Counted from the stretch's first letter, positions 8,679-18,949 are shown. The stretch: 64,000 nt of DNA from an uncultured Defluviitaleaceae bacterium (GCA_964492715.1 CAZBLK010000003.1:13205-77204); one strand, 5' to 3'. Notes: generated by a model not told the origin, from the letters alone. Numbers and translations: made by a program.

Positions 8679-9116
8679 ATGTACAGCGAAAAAGTAATGG
8701 ACCATTTTGCAAACCCACGAAACGTTGGGGAAATTGAAGATGCCAGCGGCGTTGGTATGGTTGGTAATGCAAAATGCGGAGATATTATGAAGGTTTATTT
8801 AAAAATAGAAGATGACATAGTAAAAGATGCAAAGTTTAAAACTTTTGGGTGCGGCGCAGCCGTTGCTACAAGCAGCATTGCAACAGAACTTGTAATTGGT
8901 AAAACGCTTGAAGAAGCAATTAAAATTTCTAACAAAGCAGTTATGGAAGCATTGGACGGGCTTCCACCTGCAAAGGTGCATTGCTCTTGCTTGGCAGAAG
9001 AGGCTTTGCACGCTGCACTTTGGGACTATGCAGTAAAGAACGGAAAAGTTATTGAAGGTTTAAAGCCTCCTGTTGAAGACATTGGTGAGCATGGGCATGA
9101 AGAAATTTTTGATTAA
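8679..9116 (+). CDS. iscU: Fe-S cluster assembly scaffold IscU/NifU
   Basis: GNAKCGD, FKTFGCGAAVA and HCSCLAEEAL conserved Cys motifs. Confidence 0.92.
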   Translation: MYSEKVMDHFANPRNVGEIEDASGVGMVGNAKCGDIMKVYLKIEDDIVKDAKFKTFGCGAAVATSSIATELVIGKTLEEAIKISNKAVMEALDGLPPAKVHCSCLAEEALHAALWDYAVKNGKVIEGLKPPVEDIGEHGHEEIFD

Positions 9117-9222
9117 GTTTGAATAATTGTATTTGCTACAATTCATATAAATATAGTATAATATATCCCCACGGTAATTAAGCTTGTGGGGAATGTATTG
9201 TATTAGCAAAATAGGAGAACGT

Positions 9223-10317
9223 ATGAAAAAAACTGTAGTTATTGGAATGTCTGGTGGTGTTGACAGCTCTGTTGCGGCGTATATTTTGAAGCAACAGGGC
9301 TATTCTGTTATAGGTGTGTCGATGAAGCTTTTAGACGACAACTACGGAGAGTGTGAAATTGAAAACGGTGGTTGCTGTGGTTTAAGCGGAATTGAAGACG
9401 CAAGGCATGTAGCCAATTTATTAGACATTCCATTTTATGTTATAAACTTTAAAAATGAATTTAAAAACAAAGTGGTTGATTATTTTATTTATGAGTACAT
9501 GAAGGGTAACACACCAAACCCTTGTATAGCATGTAATAGATACATTAAATGGGGCGCAATGCTTAACAAAGCAAAACAGCTTGAAGCTGATTTTATTGCC
9601 ACAGGGCATTACGCATTAATCGAACGTTCAGATGAAACAGGAAGGTTTTTGCTTAAAAAGTCAAAGTCTGCCGCTAAAGACCAAACATATGCTTTGTACA
9701 ACCTTACACAAGAGCAGTTGAGCAAAACGCTTATGCCAATTGGAGCTTACGATAAAGACGAGGTTAGAAAAATTGCACTAGAAATTGGGCTTAATGTTGC
9801 AAACAAACCTGACAGCCAAGACATTTGCTTTGTACCAGACAAAAACTATGCTAAATTCATTGAGGGCAACACAGGCAGCAAGCATAAAGAAGGAAAGTTT
9901 ATTGACGTAAACGGAAAAGAACTAGGTACACATAAAGGTATAACAAACTACACAATTGGGCAAAGGAAAAATTTGGGAATTAGTTTTGGCGAAAGAGTCT
10001 ATGTTAAAAACATTAATGTAGAAAGTAATACAGTTACTCTTTCTGACGATGCTTCGCTTTATGAAAACAGTTTAACTGCAACTGATATTAACCTTATTAA
10101 AATACCAGAAATTACAAAGCCAATTAGGTGTCAAGCAAAAATAAGGTACAACCAAAGCCCATCAGATTGTGTTATTGAAAAAGCAAACGAGCATGGGGTG
10201 ATTGTTTGCACATTTGATAAACCTCAAAGGGCAATTACTCCTGGGCAATCAGTAGTCTTTTATGACAATGATTACGTAATTGGAGGAGCTACCATAACAA
10301 ATAGTTGCAATAAATAA
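9223..10317 (+). CDS. mnmA: tRNA 2-thiouridine(34) synthase
   Basis: The ATG after the GGAGAA SD gives MKKTVVIGMSGGVDSSV (PP-loop). NPCIACN and DSQDICF motifs are present. Confidence 0.92.
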   Translation: MKKTVVIGMSGGVDSSVAAYILKQQGYSVIGVSMKLLDDNYGECEIENGGCCGLSGIEDARHVANLLDIPFYVINFKNEFKNKVVDYFIYEYMKGNTPNPCIACNRYIKWGAMLNKAKQLEADFIATGHYALIERSDETGRFLLKKSKSAAKDQTYALYNLTQEQLSKTLMPIGAYDKDEVRKIALEIGLNVANKPDSQDICFVPDKNYAKFIEGNTGSKHKEGKFIDVNGKELGTHKGITNYTIGQRKNLGISFGERVYVKNINVESNTVTLSDDASLYENSLTATDINLIKIPEITKPIRCQAKIRYNQSPSDCVIEKANEHGVIVCTFDKPQRAITPGQSVVFYDNDYVIGGATITNSCNK

Positions 10318-10562
10318 AATTCTAATAATAAATTTTGTTTTTAAAAATGCCCAATTTTCAACGTTGTAATGTCGTAAAATGACAAATTATCACATTTTAT
10401 CCATTAAAATGCAAACTATTTTTTATTTTACATTATTGACATTGTATTATAATATAAGTATTATAAGTATATTAGAGGATAAACAGCCCAGCCCCTAATA
10501 AAAGTTTGCAAAAACGTTTATTAACTTTGTGTGGAATTTTTGACAAATTTTATGGTGAGTTT

Positions 10563-11285
10563 ATGAAAAGCAGCTTTAAGTTTTTTTTATTCATTGCTTT
10601 TTTTGTTGTAGTAGTTGTTTCCATTGCTTTGTCTCCAATATTTACTGTTTCAACTGTAGAGGTTTTTGGAAATAAAGCATTTACAAAAGAACAAGTTTTA
10701 ACTTTATCAGAAATGAAAGATAATGCAAATATTTTTGCTTTAAGTAAAGGAGCATTAAGCAAAAATATTTTAAGCAACAACTACATAGATGATGTTGAAA
10801 TTTCAAAAGATTACTTTCAAAAAAAAGTAACCATTAATATAAAGGAACGTATGTTAAGCGGTTATATAAAGCATGACAGCGGTTCGTACATTTATATTGA
10901 TGATAACGGCAGAGTTCTTGAAATTAAACAGTTTTTTACTGAAAAGCTTCCTATAATTGTTGGTTTGAAAATTTCTGAGGCTACGTATGGTCAACATCTA
11001 AAGTTAGAAAACAATGTTTCTTTTGACAGTTTGGTTGCGCTTGTCCAGCTGTTTAAAAAATATGAAATTAATCAGGATATACTTAACGTTGACCTTGGCG
11101 ACGAGGCTGACATTCATATTTATATAAATGACATTGATGTACTAATGGGTGATATGCAGGACGCAGACGAAAAAATTCGAACTATAAAAGTTATCGTTGA
11201 GAAGTTGCAAGAAGAAGGCATAAATGGTGGTTTTTTGGACATTAGGGACATTGACAAAGTTCCATGGTTAAAGCTTTTGACATAA
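10563..11285 (+). CDS. ftsQ: Cell division protein FtsQ/DivIB (POTRA domain, single N-terminal TM)
   Basis: TM helix followed by the POTRA-like VSTVEVFGNKAFTKEQV, directly upstream of ftsZ. Confidence 0.7.
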   Translation: MKSSFKFFLFIAFFVVVVVSIALSPIFTVSTVEVFGNKAFTKEQVLTLSEMKDNANIFALSKGALSKNILSNNYIDDVEISKDYFQKKVTINIKERMLSGYIKHDSGSYIYIDDNGRVLEIKQFFTEKLPIIVGLKISEATYGQHLKLENNVSFDSLVALVQLFKKYEINQDILNVDLGDEADIHIYINDIDVLMGDMQDADEKIRTIKVIVEKLQEEGINGGFLDIRDIDKVPWLKLLT

Positions 11286-11520
11286 TGTAAACATAAAAAG
11301 GTTATCAAATAATGACAAAAGAAAGTATTTGATATTATTTTGAAATTTTAATATAATAGTCCATAACATTTTATTTTTTATTGGTTTTGATTATTAAACT
11401 ACTTTCTTAACCTTAAATTTTTGAGGGTAAGAAAAGCCTACTGAAAAATTAAATTTCTTTTAGGGTTTTGCTAATTTACGGTTTGTAATTAGTATACATG
11501 TAATTAAGGGGGTTGTACGT

Positions 11521-12666
11521 TTGATTGATATTGCTACTTCTCGTATACCTACGGCTAGAATTGCCGTTATAGGTGCAGGTGGTGGAGGAAATAACGCCGT
11601 TGACAGAATGGTTACCGACGGTGTTGAAGCTATAGAGTTTATTTCAGTTAACACTGACCACCAAGCACTTGAACGTTCAAAAGCGCCTGTTAGAATCCAG
11701 CTTGGGGACAAGCTTACAAAAGGCTTGGGCGCAGGCGGCAACCCTGAAATTGGGCGAAAGGCAGCAGAAGAAACTCGTGATGAGCTTGCACAAGCTTTGT
11801 CGGGGGTAGACATGCTTTTTATTACAGCAGGAATGGGCGGCGGAACAGGAACGGGCTCTGCACCTGTTATTGCGTCAATTGCAAAAGAAATGGGTATTTT
11901 AACTGTTGCTGTTGTTACAAAGCCGTTTCGCTTTGAAGGCTCTCACCGTATGAAAAACGCCATTTCAGGTATAGTTGAGCTTAAAAAGCACGTTGACACA
12001 CTTTTAGTTATACCTAACCAAAAGTTGCTTGAAATAATTTCAAAGGATACATCAGTTCTTGACTCTTTTAAAAAGGCAGACGAAGTGTTGCGCCAAGGCG
12101 TCCAGGGTATCGCCGACTTAATTTCAAAGCCTGGGCTTATAAACCTTGACTTTGCAGACGTACATAGAATTATGTCAAGTAAAGGCCTTGCTCATATGGG
12201 AGTAGGGCGTGCTACTGGTAAAAACAAAACAGAAATTGCAGCAGAACTTGCAATCAAAAGCCCGCTTTTGGAAACCTCAATTGCAGGTGCAAAGCATGTG
12301 CTTATCTGTATCGCAGGTGACTCTAGCTTGTCTCTTTTAGAGTCAGAAAATGCGTCTACATTTATTACTGAAGCAACAGACCCTGATGCAGAAATTATTT
12401 ACGGTACTTCAATAAACGACGACCTTAGCGATGAAGTTGTAATAACTGTTATTGCAACAGGCTTAGACGAAGGTGAAATGTATAACGATATTGCACCTAA
12501 GCGAATGAACGTTGTTTCTCAAACACAAAAGCAGGCGGCAAATGCTGAAAAGTCACCAACTCCTCAGCCAGTTCCAGCAGTTGTAAACAGTCATGCAGAG
12601 CATGTTGAACGAGGCGACGAGGTTCTGTTTGAAATTCCTGTGTTTTTACAAAATAAAAGAAGATAA
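11521..12666 (+). CDS. ftsZ: Cell division GTPase FtsZ
   Basis: [10 protein letters not shown] and [11 protein letters not shown] tubulin signature. TTG start 8 nt after the AAGGGGG SD. Confidence 0.95.
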   Translation: MIDIATSRIPTARIAVIGAGGGGNNAVDRMVTDGVEAIEFISVNTDHQALERSKAPVRIQLGDKLTKGLGAGGNPEIGRKAAEETRDELAQALSGVDMLFITAGMGGGTGTGSAPVIASIAKEMGILTVAVVTKPFRFEGSHRMKNAISGIVELKKHVDTLLVIPNQKLLEIISKDTSVLDSFKKADEVLRQGVQGIADLISKPGLINLDFADVHRIMSSKGLAHMGVGRATGKNKTEIAAELAIKSPLLETSIAGAKHVLICIAGDSSLSLLESENASTFITEATDPDAEIIYGTSINDDLSDEVVITVIATGLDEGEMYNDIAPKRMNVVSQTQKQAANAEKSPTPQPVPAVVNSHAEHVERGDEVLFEIPVFLQNKRR

Positions 12667-12674
12667 TTTCAAGT

Positions 12675-12710
12675 GCTTATTATGCAGTTTGCATAATGGG
12701 CATTTTTTTT
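12675..12710 (+). terminator. Rho-independent terminator after ftsZ
   Basis: 12-bp stem GCTTATTATGCA/TGCATAATGGGC with a 3-nt loop, followed by a T8 tract. Confidence 0.6.
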
Positions 12711-12835
12711 AACAATATATGTATATTTTATTAAAATAAGTCCAACCTATTTATATATTATGTTTTACTTTTCCTTCCATTAAAAATTATGGGTATGTGA
12801 TAGTAAACAATGGCATAAGATTAGGAGGACTTTAC

Positions 12836-14008
12836 ATGAAAAACAGACTTGTTGTTTGCTTGCTGTTAATCATTTGCATAGCTGCACAGTCATTTAGTGT
12901 TCCCGTGCTTGCAGAAAATGCACCGCCAAGCCTAAATGTTGATGCAAAAGCAGCAGTGCTTCTTGAGCCTACTACAGGTAAAATTTTGCTTGCACAAAAC
13001 ATGCACGAGAAACTTCCAATTGCTTCGGTTACTAAAGTTATGACAATACTTTTGGTTTATGAAGCAGTTGAGTCTGGAAAAATTAGTTGGGACGACATTG
13101 TTACAGTAAGCGACCATGCCGCAGGAATGGGTGGTTCACAGATTTACCTTGAACCTATGGAGAAGCAAACCGTTAGAGACTTATTAAAGTCTGTAATTAT
13201 TGCTTCGGCAAATGACTCTGCTGTTGCACTTGCTGAATTTATTGCAGGCAGCGAGGACGGTTTTGTAATACTAATGAATAAGCGTGCGGCAAGCCTTGGA
13301 ATGCTTGATACTACTTTTAAAAATGCTTGTGGGCTTGACACAGAAGGGCATCTCTCTTCTGCTTACGACGTTGCAATGATGTCGAAAGAGCTTATACTAA
13401 AGTTCCCTGAAGTTTTGCAAATTTCATCTATTTGGATGGACACAATCACACACAAAACGGCTAGGGGAGAGGAGGACTTCGGTCTTTCCAACACTAACAA
13501 GCTTATAAGGGCGTACAATGGCGCTTCTGGGCTTAAAACAGGCTCTACTAGCGAAGCTTTGTTTTGTATTACGGCAACTGCAACAAGGGAAGGAATGCAA
13601 CTTGTTTCTGTTATACTTGGCGGACCAACGTCGGAAATTCGTTTCCATGAAGCAGTGCGAATGTTTGACTACGGCTTTGCAAATTATGTAGTAATTCAAG
13701 GCGAATCTTCTGGAACTCCAAAAGGTGTTGTAAATGTAAACAAGGGCGAAAAGGAACAAGTTGGCGTTGCTATTAAAAAGCAAATAAACTGCCTTGTGCC
13801 AAAAGGTAAAAACGTTGTGGTTGACAGTAAAGTTGAAATTTTACCTGCTATAGATGCACCAGTTCCAATTGGAACAAAAGCTGGCGAAATAATTTATTAC
13901 GCTGACGGAGAAGAAGTTGGACGTTCTGACCTTATTGCAATGGATAACATTAATAAGGCTGGGTTGTTTGATACTTTGAGAATGGGAATTAAAAAATGGT
14001 TTAGGTAA
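12836..14008 (+). CDS. Serine-type D-Ala-D-Ala carboxypeptidase (PBP5/DacB-DacF family)
   Basis: Signal peptide, SVTKVMT (SxxK), SANDSA (SxN) and KTGST (KTG) motifs, with the start after AGGAGG. Confidence 0.88.
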   Translation: MKNRLVVCLLLIICIAAQSFSVPVLAENAPPSLNVDAKAAVLLEPTTGKILLAQNMHEKLPIASVTKVMTILLVYEAVESGKISWDDIVTVSDHAAGMGGSQIYLEPMEKQTVRDLLKSVIIASANDSAVALAEFIAGSEDGFVILMNKRAASLGMLDTTFKNACGLDTEGHLSSAYDVAMMSKELILKFPEVLQISSIWMDTITHKTARGEEDFGLSNTNKLIRAYNGASGLKTGSTSEALFCITATATREGMQLVSVILGGPTSEIRFHEAVRMFDYGFANYVVIQGESSGTPKGVVNVNKGEKEQVGVAIKKQINCLVPKGKNVVVDSKVEILPAIDAPVPIGTKAGEIIYYADGEEVGRSDLIAMDNINKAGLFDTLRMGIKKWFR

Positions 14009-14183
14009 TAAAGGGTAGGGTGCAGCAGTTTGTTGCGCCCTTTATTAAGTTGTTCCATTGCAGTGGTGTAAAACAGTTAATATTTAGTCACATGTTAAAG
14101 GCTCGTTTCATAAAGTATAAAATAAATGTACAACTTATACCAATATAAATTGGTGTCAGTTTAAAAATGAAAGGAGCATTAAT

Positions 14184-14507
14184 ATGGAAAACTACAATAC
14201 TGTTTTATTTGATAGCCTTGTTTGTCAAATTGGCAGAACTGTAACAGTGTTCACAGAAAGCGGAGGCTTGTCAGGAAGCGGATTTACAGGTGTTTTGCTT
14301 TCAGTTGACTGTAATGTTATAAGGCTTTTGGTAAGTGTTGGCGCTGCGCCTGCATGTCCTGTTGGTAGTGCTTGCACTGGCAATTTTGGCGGTTTTGAAA
14401 ATGTTTATGAAGGCAACAACTACAATGGTTACATGGGGTATCCATTCGGCGCAATTTGCGTAATTCCTATCTGTGCAATCGTATGCTTCACACATAATAC
14501 AATTTAA
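14184..14507 (+). CDS. Small Cys/Gly-rich hypothetical protein (107 aa)
   Basis: Strong SD (AAAGGAG), 7 Cys residues and a Gly/Asn/Tyr-rich segment. I do not recognise a family. Confidence 0.5.
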   Translation: MENYNTVLFDSLVCQIGRTVTVFTESGGLSGSGFTGVLLSVDCNVIRLLVSVGAAPACPVGSACTGNFGGFENVYEGNNYNGYMGYPFGAICVIPICAIVCFTHNTI

Positions 14508-14593
14508 TTATTTATGCAATTGATTGATGAATAGCTTTCTTTTTAGGTTTTGGTTCTAACCATCTAATAAAGAGGGGGCTGTTTTATCAATTT

Positions 14594-14627
14594 AACTATT
14601 CGCTAAAGAAAACTTTAGCGAATAGTT
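14594..14627 (+). terminator. Perfect 15-bp stem hairpin downstream of the small Cys-rich ORF
   Basis: AACTATTCGCTAAAG-aaaa-CTTTAGCGAATAGTT, with a T-rich tract about 10 nt downstream. Confidence 0.45.
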
Positions 14628-14670
14628 ATTGTGAGATTTATTTTTATTTATTAAAATGCTTTGTTTATAT

Positions 14671-14773
14671 TATAGCAATTCCGTTTTTAAAGACATTGTC
14701 TATCGGTCAAAACGCCAAACAACTAGGCGTTTGGCTTCCCTCTGCCAATATCGTTAAAAACTGGAATTGCTAT
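14671..14773. repeat. Palindromic MITE-like repeat, family 1, copy A (103 bp)
   Basis: TATAGCAATTCCGTTTTTAA ... TTAAAAACTGGAATTGCTAT terminal inverted repeats. The whole element is self-complementary. It is about 95% identical to copy B. Confidence 0.8.
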
Positions 14774-14784
14774 TATTTAATACA

Positions 14785-14828
14785 AAAAAAGGCATATGGC
14801 TAATTTAAAATCACCATACGCCTTTTTT
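14785..14828. terminator. Bidirectional terminator between convergent genes
   Basis: A6-GGCATATGG ... CCATACGCC-T6 hairpin with one mismatch, immediately 3' of ynbB. Confidence 0.55.
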
Positions 14829-14836
14829 GTATTAAA

Positions 14837-16120
14837 TTATAGCACTATATTATTAGATTTTACTAAGCTGTCTAACGCAAAACAAACTCCAGCTTTTGCA
14901 TGTGCCCAATTTAAACCGCCTTGAAAATAAACTACATAAGGTTCTTTAATTGGTGCATCAGCGCTTAGTTCAATTGACGAGCCTTGAACAAAAGCTCCAG
15001 CCGCCATAATTACTTGGCAGTCATAGCCTGGCATGTCCCAAGGGCTTGGAACAACAAAACTGTCAACCGCAGCTGCCGCTTGAATGCCCCTGCAAAAAGA
15101 AATTACACGTTCTGGGCTTCCCAATTTTATTGCCTGGACAATATCGCTTCTTTTGTCGAAAGCTGTCGGCAAAACTTCATAACCAAGCTCGCTAAAAACT
15201 TTTGCAGAAAAAACAGCGCCTTTTAAACTGGCGGCTACGACATAAGGAGAATAAAAAAGCCCTTGCGTAAATTGAGAAGTTACGCCAAGCATTGGCCCAA
15301 CCTCCTTGCCTAGCCCCGGTGCTGTAAGCCTGTACGCTGCATTTTCTACATATTCCTTCTTCCCTACTATATAACCGCCAACTGGCGCAAGCCCACCGCC
15401 TGGGTTTTTAATAAGAGAACCAACCGTTAAGTCTGCCCCCACGTCGCTTGGCTCAAGCTCGTCTACGAATTCTCCGTAGCAATTATCTACCATGCAAATT
15501 ATATCTGAGCGAATATTTTTAACAAAACGAATAATTTCCCCAATTTCAGCAACATCAAGTGACCGCCTGAAGCTGTAGCCTTTTGAGCGTTGAATTGTAA
15601 CAAGCTTTGTTTTGTTAGAAATAGCGTTTTTTATTCCGTCGTAGTCTATACTTCCATCACACAAAAAATTTACTTGCTTATACCCAATTCCATGTTCCAT
15701 TAGTGAACCTTTTGTTTTGCGAATTCCAATAACACCAAGCAACGTGTCATAAGGCTGTGAAACTGGCGACAAAATTTCATCACCGTGTCGCAAATTGCCG
15801 AAAAGCGCAACTGTCAAAGCGTGAGTACCAGAAATTAACTGTGGCCGAACTAAAGCGTCATCTGCATTAAAAACTTTAGCATAAATTGATTCAATTACTT
15901 CCCTGCCCACGTCATCATAACCATAGCCTGTAGTCTGGGAAAAATGTCTTTCGGCAAGCCCACTTTTCTGCATTGCGTTAAGCACTTTAAGCTGGTTAAC
16001 TTCTGCTGTATCATCTATTTTTTTAAATATATCTGTAAGTTCACTTTCACATTTTTTACAATGCTCTATTACATTTTTAGAAATGTTAAACTGACTTTCC
16101 AAGTAATTATAAGAATTCAT
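14837..16120 (-). CDS. ynbB: YnbB-type PLP enzyme (methionine gamma-lyase / 'aluminium resistance' family)
   Basis: 427 aa with a GYGYDDVGRE N-terminal motif and an overall Cys/Met-metabolism PLP fold pattern. Confidence 0.8.
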   Translation of the reverse strand: MNSYNYLESQFNISKNVIEHCKKCESELTDIFKKIDDTAEVNQLKVLNAMQKSGLAERHFSQTTGYGYDDVGREVIESIYAKVFNADDALVRPQLISGTHALTVALFGNLRHGDEILSPVSQPYDTLLGVIGIRKTKGSLMEHGIGYKQVNFLCDGSIDYDGIKNAISNKTKLVTIQRSKGYSFRRSLDVAEIGEIIRFVKNIRSDIICMVDNCYGEFVDELEPSDVGADLTVGSLIKNPGGGLAPVGGYIVGKKEYVENAAYRLTAPGLGKEVGPMLGVTSQFTQGLFYSPYVVAASLKGAVFSAKVFSELGYEVLPTAFDKRSDIVQAIKLGSPERVISFCRGIQAAAAVDSFVVPSPWDMPGYDCQVIMAAGAFVQGSSIELSADAPIKEPYVVYFQGGLNWAHAKAGVCFALDSLVKSNNIVL

Positions 16121-17051
16121 TATGTTTTTTGCACTCCGTTAAAATTTTTTCCAAGGCTAAATCCTGGCTTGTTTTGTCCATATCAATCCAAAGCCCTTCG
16201 GTTTGATTTTTAAACCAAGTTACTTGTCTTTTTGCAAACCGTCTTGTGTTAAGCTTAATTGCTTCTACAGCTTCGCTAAATGAATGACTTCCATTTATAT
16301 ACCCCGCAATTTCCTTGTAACCTATCCCTTGCATTGATACTAATTTTTCATCATATCCCATATTCAAAAGACTTTCAACTTCGTTTAAGAGCCCTGCTTC
16401 AATCATGTTATCAACACGCAAATTAATTTTTTCATACAGCAAGCTGCGTTCCATATTAAGCACCACAAAGGTCGTATCAAAAAAAGCATCTCGCTTCCGC
16501 TCATGCTCGTTATGCTCTGACATTTTTTGCCCATTTGTCTGTTTGAAAAATTCAATTGCACGCACAACACGTTTTACATTGTTAAAATGAATTGATTCAG
16601 CTGACTTTGTATCAATTTTTTTTAGCATAGCATGAAGGTATTCGTTACCCTCTTTTTCAGCTATTGAGTACAGCTCATTTCTATATTCTTCACAAACTGT
16701 AGTTTCAGTAAAATCATTGTTGTAAAGCACAGCATTTATATAAAAGCCTGTTCCGCCAACAAGAATTGGTATTTTTCCTTTTTTATGAACTTCTTGAATA
16801 CACTTGATGCTCATTTCTTTAAAAACAGCAACTGAAAACTCATCATCAGGAAGCAAAACGTCAATCATGTGGTGTTTGATACCACCCATTTCAGCAGTAG
16901 TAGACTTTGCCGTTCCTATGTTCATATATTTATAAACTTGCATAGAATCAGCTGAAATAATTTCACCGCCAATTTTTTGTGCAAGTGAAACTGCAAGCTT
17001 GCTTTTTCCTGTAGCTGTAGGCCCTGCAATAACAATTAATGGTTGTTTCAT
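16107..17051 (-). CDS. miaA: tRNA dimethylallyltransferase
   Basis: The GPTATGKS P-loop is present and the gene follows mutL as in Bacillus/Clostridium synteny. Confidence 0.93.
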   Translation of the reverse strand: MKQPLIVIAGPTATGKSKLAVSLAQKIGGEIISADSMQVYKYMNIGTAKSTTAEMGGIKHHMIDVLLPDDEFSVAVFKEMSIKCIQEVHKKGKIPILVGGTGFYINAVLYNNDFTETTVCEEYRNELYSIAEKEGNEYLHAMLKKIDTKSAESIHFNNVKRVVRAIEFFKQTNGQKMSEHNEHERKRDAFFDTTFVVLNMERSLLYEKINLRVDNMIEAGLLNEVESLLNMGYDEKLVSMQGIGYKEIAGYINGSHSFSEAVEAIKLNTRRFAKRQVTWFKNQTEGLWIDMDKTSQDLALEKILTECKKHNEFL

Positions 17052-18949
17052 TATTGTATCCTCTTAAACTTCTTTTCAAGTTCATATTCTGTAATTTCAA
17101 TAACAGTCGGTCGCCCGTGTGGGCATGTAAACGGGTTTTCAAGCTTTAAAAGCCGCTCAATCAAAGCCCTTGCTTCCGCATAGCTTAGTTTGTCGTTTGC
17201 CTTAACCGCAGCTTTGCAGGAAACAGAAGCTATTGCTTCAAGCTTAGCTTCGTGCAAGCTGGTAATAGACGTTTGCACGCTTGAAAGCTTATCTAAAATT
17301 TCAATGAAAAAGCTTATATCAGCAACACCTTTTACAACATAAGGGAGCGAACGTATTGCAACAAGCCCTTCTCCAAACACCTCGGCGTCAAAGCCAAACT
17401 CTTTAATTAATTGGATATTTTCGCTTAAAGTATACATTTCGGCAGGGGTTAAGTTTAAAACAACGGGCTGTAAAACTTGCTGAGAAACAGCCCCCTCATC
17501 TTTTTCATTTTTCTTTAAGCTGTTTATTAGTTCCTCATAAATAATTCTTTCATGTGCAGCATGCTGGTCAATTACATACATTGAACTCCCCTGCTCTATT
17601 ATCCAGTAAGTGTCGAAAAGCTGACCAACAATTTTGTAGTGAGTAAAAAACTGCGAAGTTGCTTTTTCCTGTTGTTTGTCTTGTTTGTCCTTTGATAAAT
17701 CGTTTGTAAAAGTATCCTCGGCAACAAAGTAGTTTACGCTTTGTTCTTCCGCTTTGTAAACATGCTCACTGTGTTCTTCAAAAGCTTTCGCTTCGTTTTC
17801 CTTTGTTTTATTTTCCCCATACACAAAGTCTGCTAAACTAATTCGTTTAACTTCTTGTTCTTGCTTAAATTCTTGCACATTAGGTTTAGCTTGAAATTGC
17901 TTCCCTGCAATGTTTTCAACTATATTATCATTCTTGTTTTCAAGAGTGACTGTAGGAATTAAATTTTTGTCCGCTAAAGCAGATGAAATAGCACCATAAA
18001 CTATGTCATAAATCTTATCGTCGTTAAAAAACCTTACTTCAAGCTTTGCAGGGTGAACGTTTACATCAACAAGAGTAGGTTCAATTTCCATTATTAAAAC
18101 AAAAATTGGAAACTTTCCAATTGGCAGAAGCGTTTTGTAAGCAGCTTCTGCTGCCGACTGAACAATTTCACTTTTAATATATCGTCCGTTAATATAAAAT
18201 TGCTCATAGGAACGGTTTCCCCTGTGCATTTGCGGCTTGCAACAAAAGCCTGAAAGTTTAATTCCATCTTTTTCGTGCATAACAGGCAAAAGGTTGCTGT
18301 GTATATCTTTTCCATATACTTGAAAAATAACTTGCTCTAACCCACCCTTACCTTTCGTTTGCATAACCGTTGAGCCGTTGTTTATATATCGAAAGGAAAT
18401 ACTAGGGTTGCCAAGTGCAAGCCTTAACAAAACATCTGATACGTACGCACTTTCGGCAGAAGGCTTTTTCATAAACTTTTTTCGTGCAGGAGTGTTATAA
18501 AACAAGTTGCGTACAGTTATAGAAGTTCCATTGGCTACGCCTACCTCATGCTCGGAAACTACTTCGCCACCATTTATTTGAACGCAAATGCCCGAAACTG
18601 ATTCACAAGTTTTTGTTACAAGCTCTACTTGCGAAACAGAAGCAATTGACGAAAGGGCTTCACCTCGAAATCCCATTGTCAAAACATTTTCAAGGTCGTT
18701 TAAATTATAAATTTTACTTGTTGCATGGCGAAGAAATGCTGTTTTTACTTCGTCACTTTTAATTCCGCAACCGTTGTCCGTAATCTTTATTAAAGAAGTG
18801 CCTCCGTCAGAAATTTCAACAACAATTGTCGTAGACCCAGCATCAATAGAATTTTCTACAAGCTCTTTAACAACAGAAGCAGGGCGCTCAACAACTTCTC
18901 CAGCCGCTATTTTGTTTATCATGCTATTATCTAAAAGCCTAATAGCCAT
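17051..18949 (-). CDS. mutL: DNA mismatch repair protein MutL
   Basis: IAAGEVVERPASVVKELVENSIDAG GHKL ATPase N-terminus and a C-terminal dimerisation domain with QHAAHER. Confidence 0.95.
   Translation of the reverse strand: MAIRLLDNSMINKIAAGEVVERPASVVKELVENSIDAGSTTIVVEISDGGTSLIKITDNGCGIKSDEVKTAFLRHATSKIYNLNDLENVLTMGFRGEALSSIASVSQVELVTKTCESVSGICVQINGGEVVSEHEVGVANGTSITVRNLFYNTPARKKFMKKPSAESAYVSDVLLRLALGNPSISFRYINNGSTVMQTKGKGGLEQVIFQVYGKDIHSNLLPVMHEKDGIKLSGFCCKPQMHRGNRSYEQFYINGRYIKSEIVQSAAEAAYKTLLPIGKFPIFVLIMEIEPTLVDVNVHPAKLEVRFFNDDKIYDIVYGAISSALADKNLIPTVTLENKNDNIVENIAGKQFQAKPNVQEFKQEQEVKRISLADFVYGENKTKENEAKAFEEHSEHVYKAEEQSVNYFVAEDTFTNDLSKDKQDKQQEKATSQFFTHYKIVGQLFDTYWIIEQGSSMYVIDQHAAHERIIYEELINSLKKNEKDEGAVSQQVLQPVVLNLTPAEMYTLSENIQLIKEFGFDAEVFGEGLVAIRSLPYVVKGVADISFFIEILDKLSSVQTSITSLHEAKLEAIASVSCKAAVKANDKLSYAEARALIERLLKLENPFTCPHGRPTVIEITEYELEKKFKRIQ

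Noticed and set aside
11460-11813. 117-aa minus-strand ORF inside ftsZ. Similar long antisense ORFs occur inside other genes, for example 61263-61823, 21605-22000, 32542-32949, 19436-19807 and 36811-37326.
   Set aside because: These are shadow ORFs opposite strongly supported conserved genes. They have low-complexity or odd composition, no SD, and no recognisable family.
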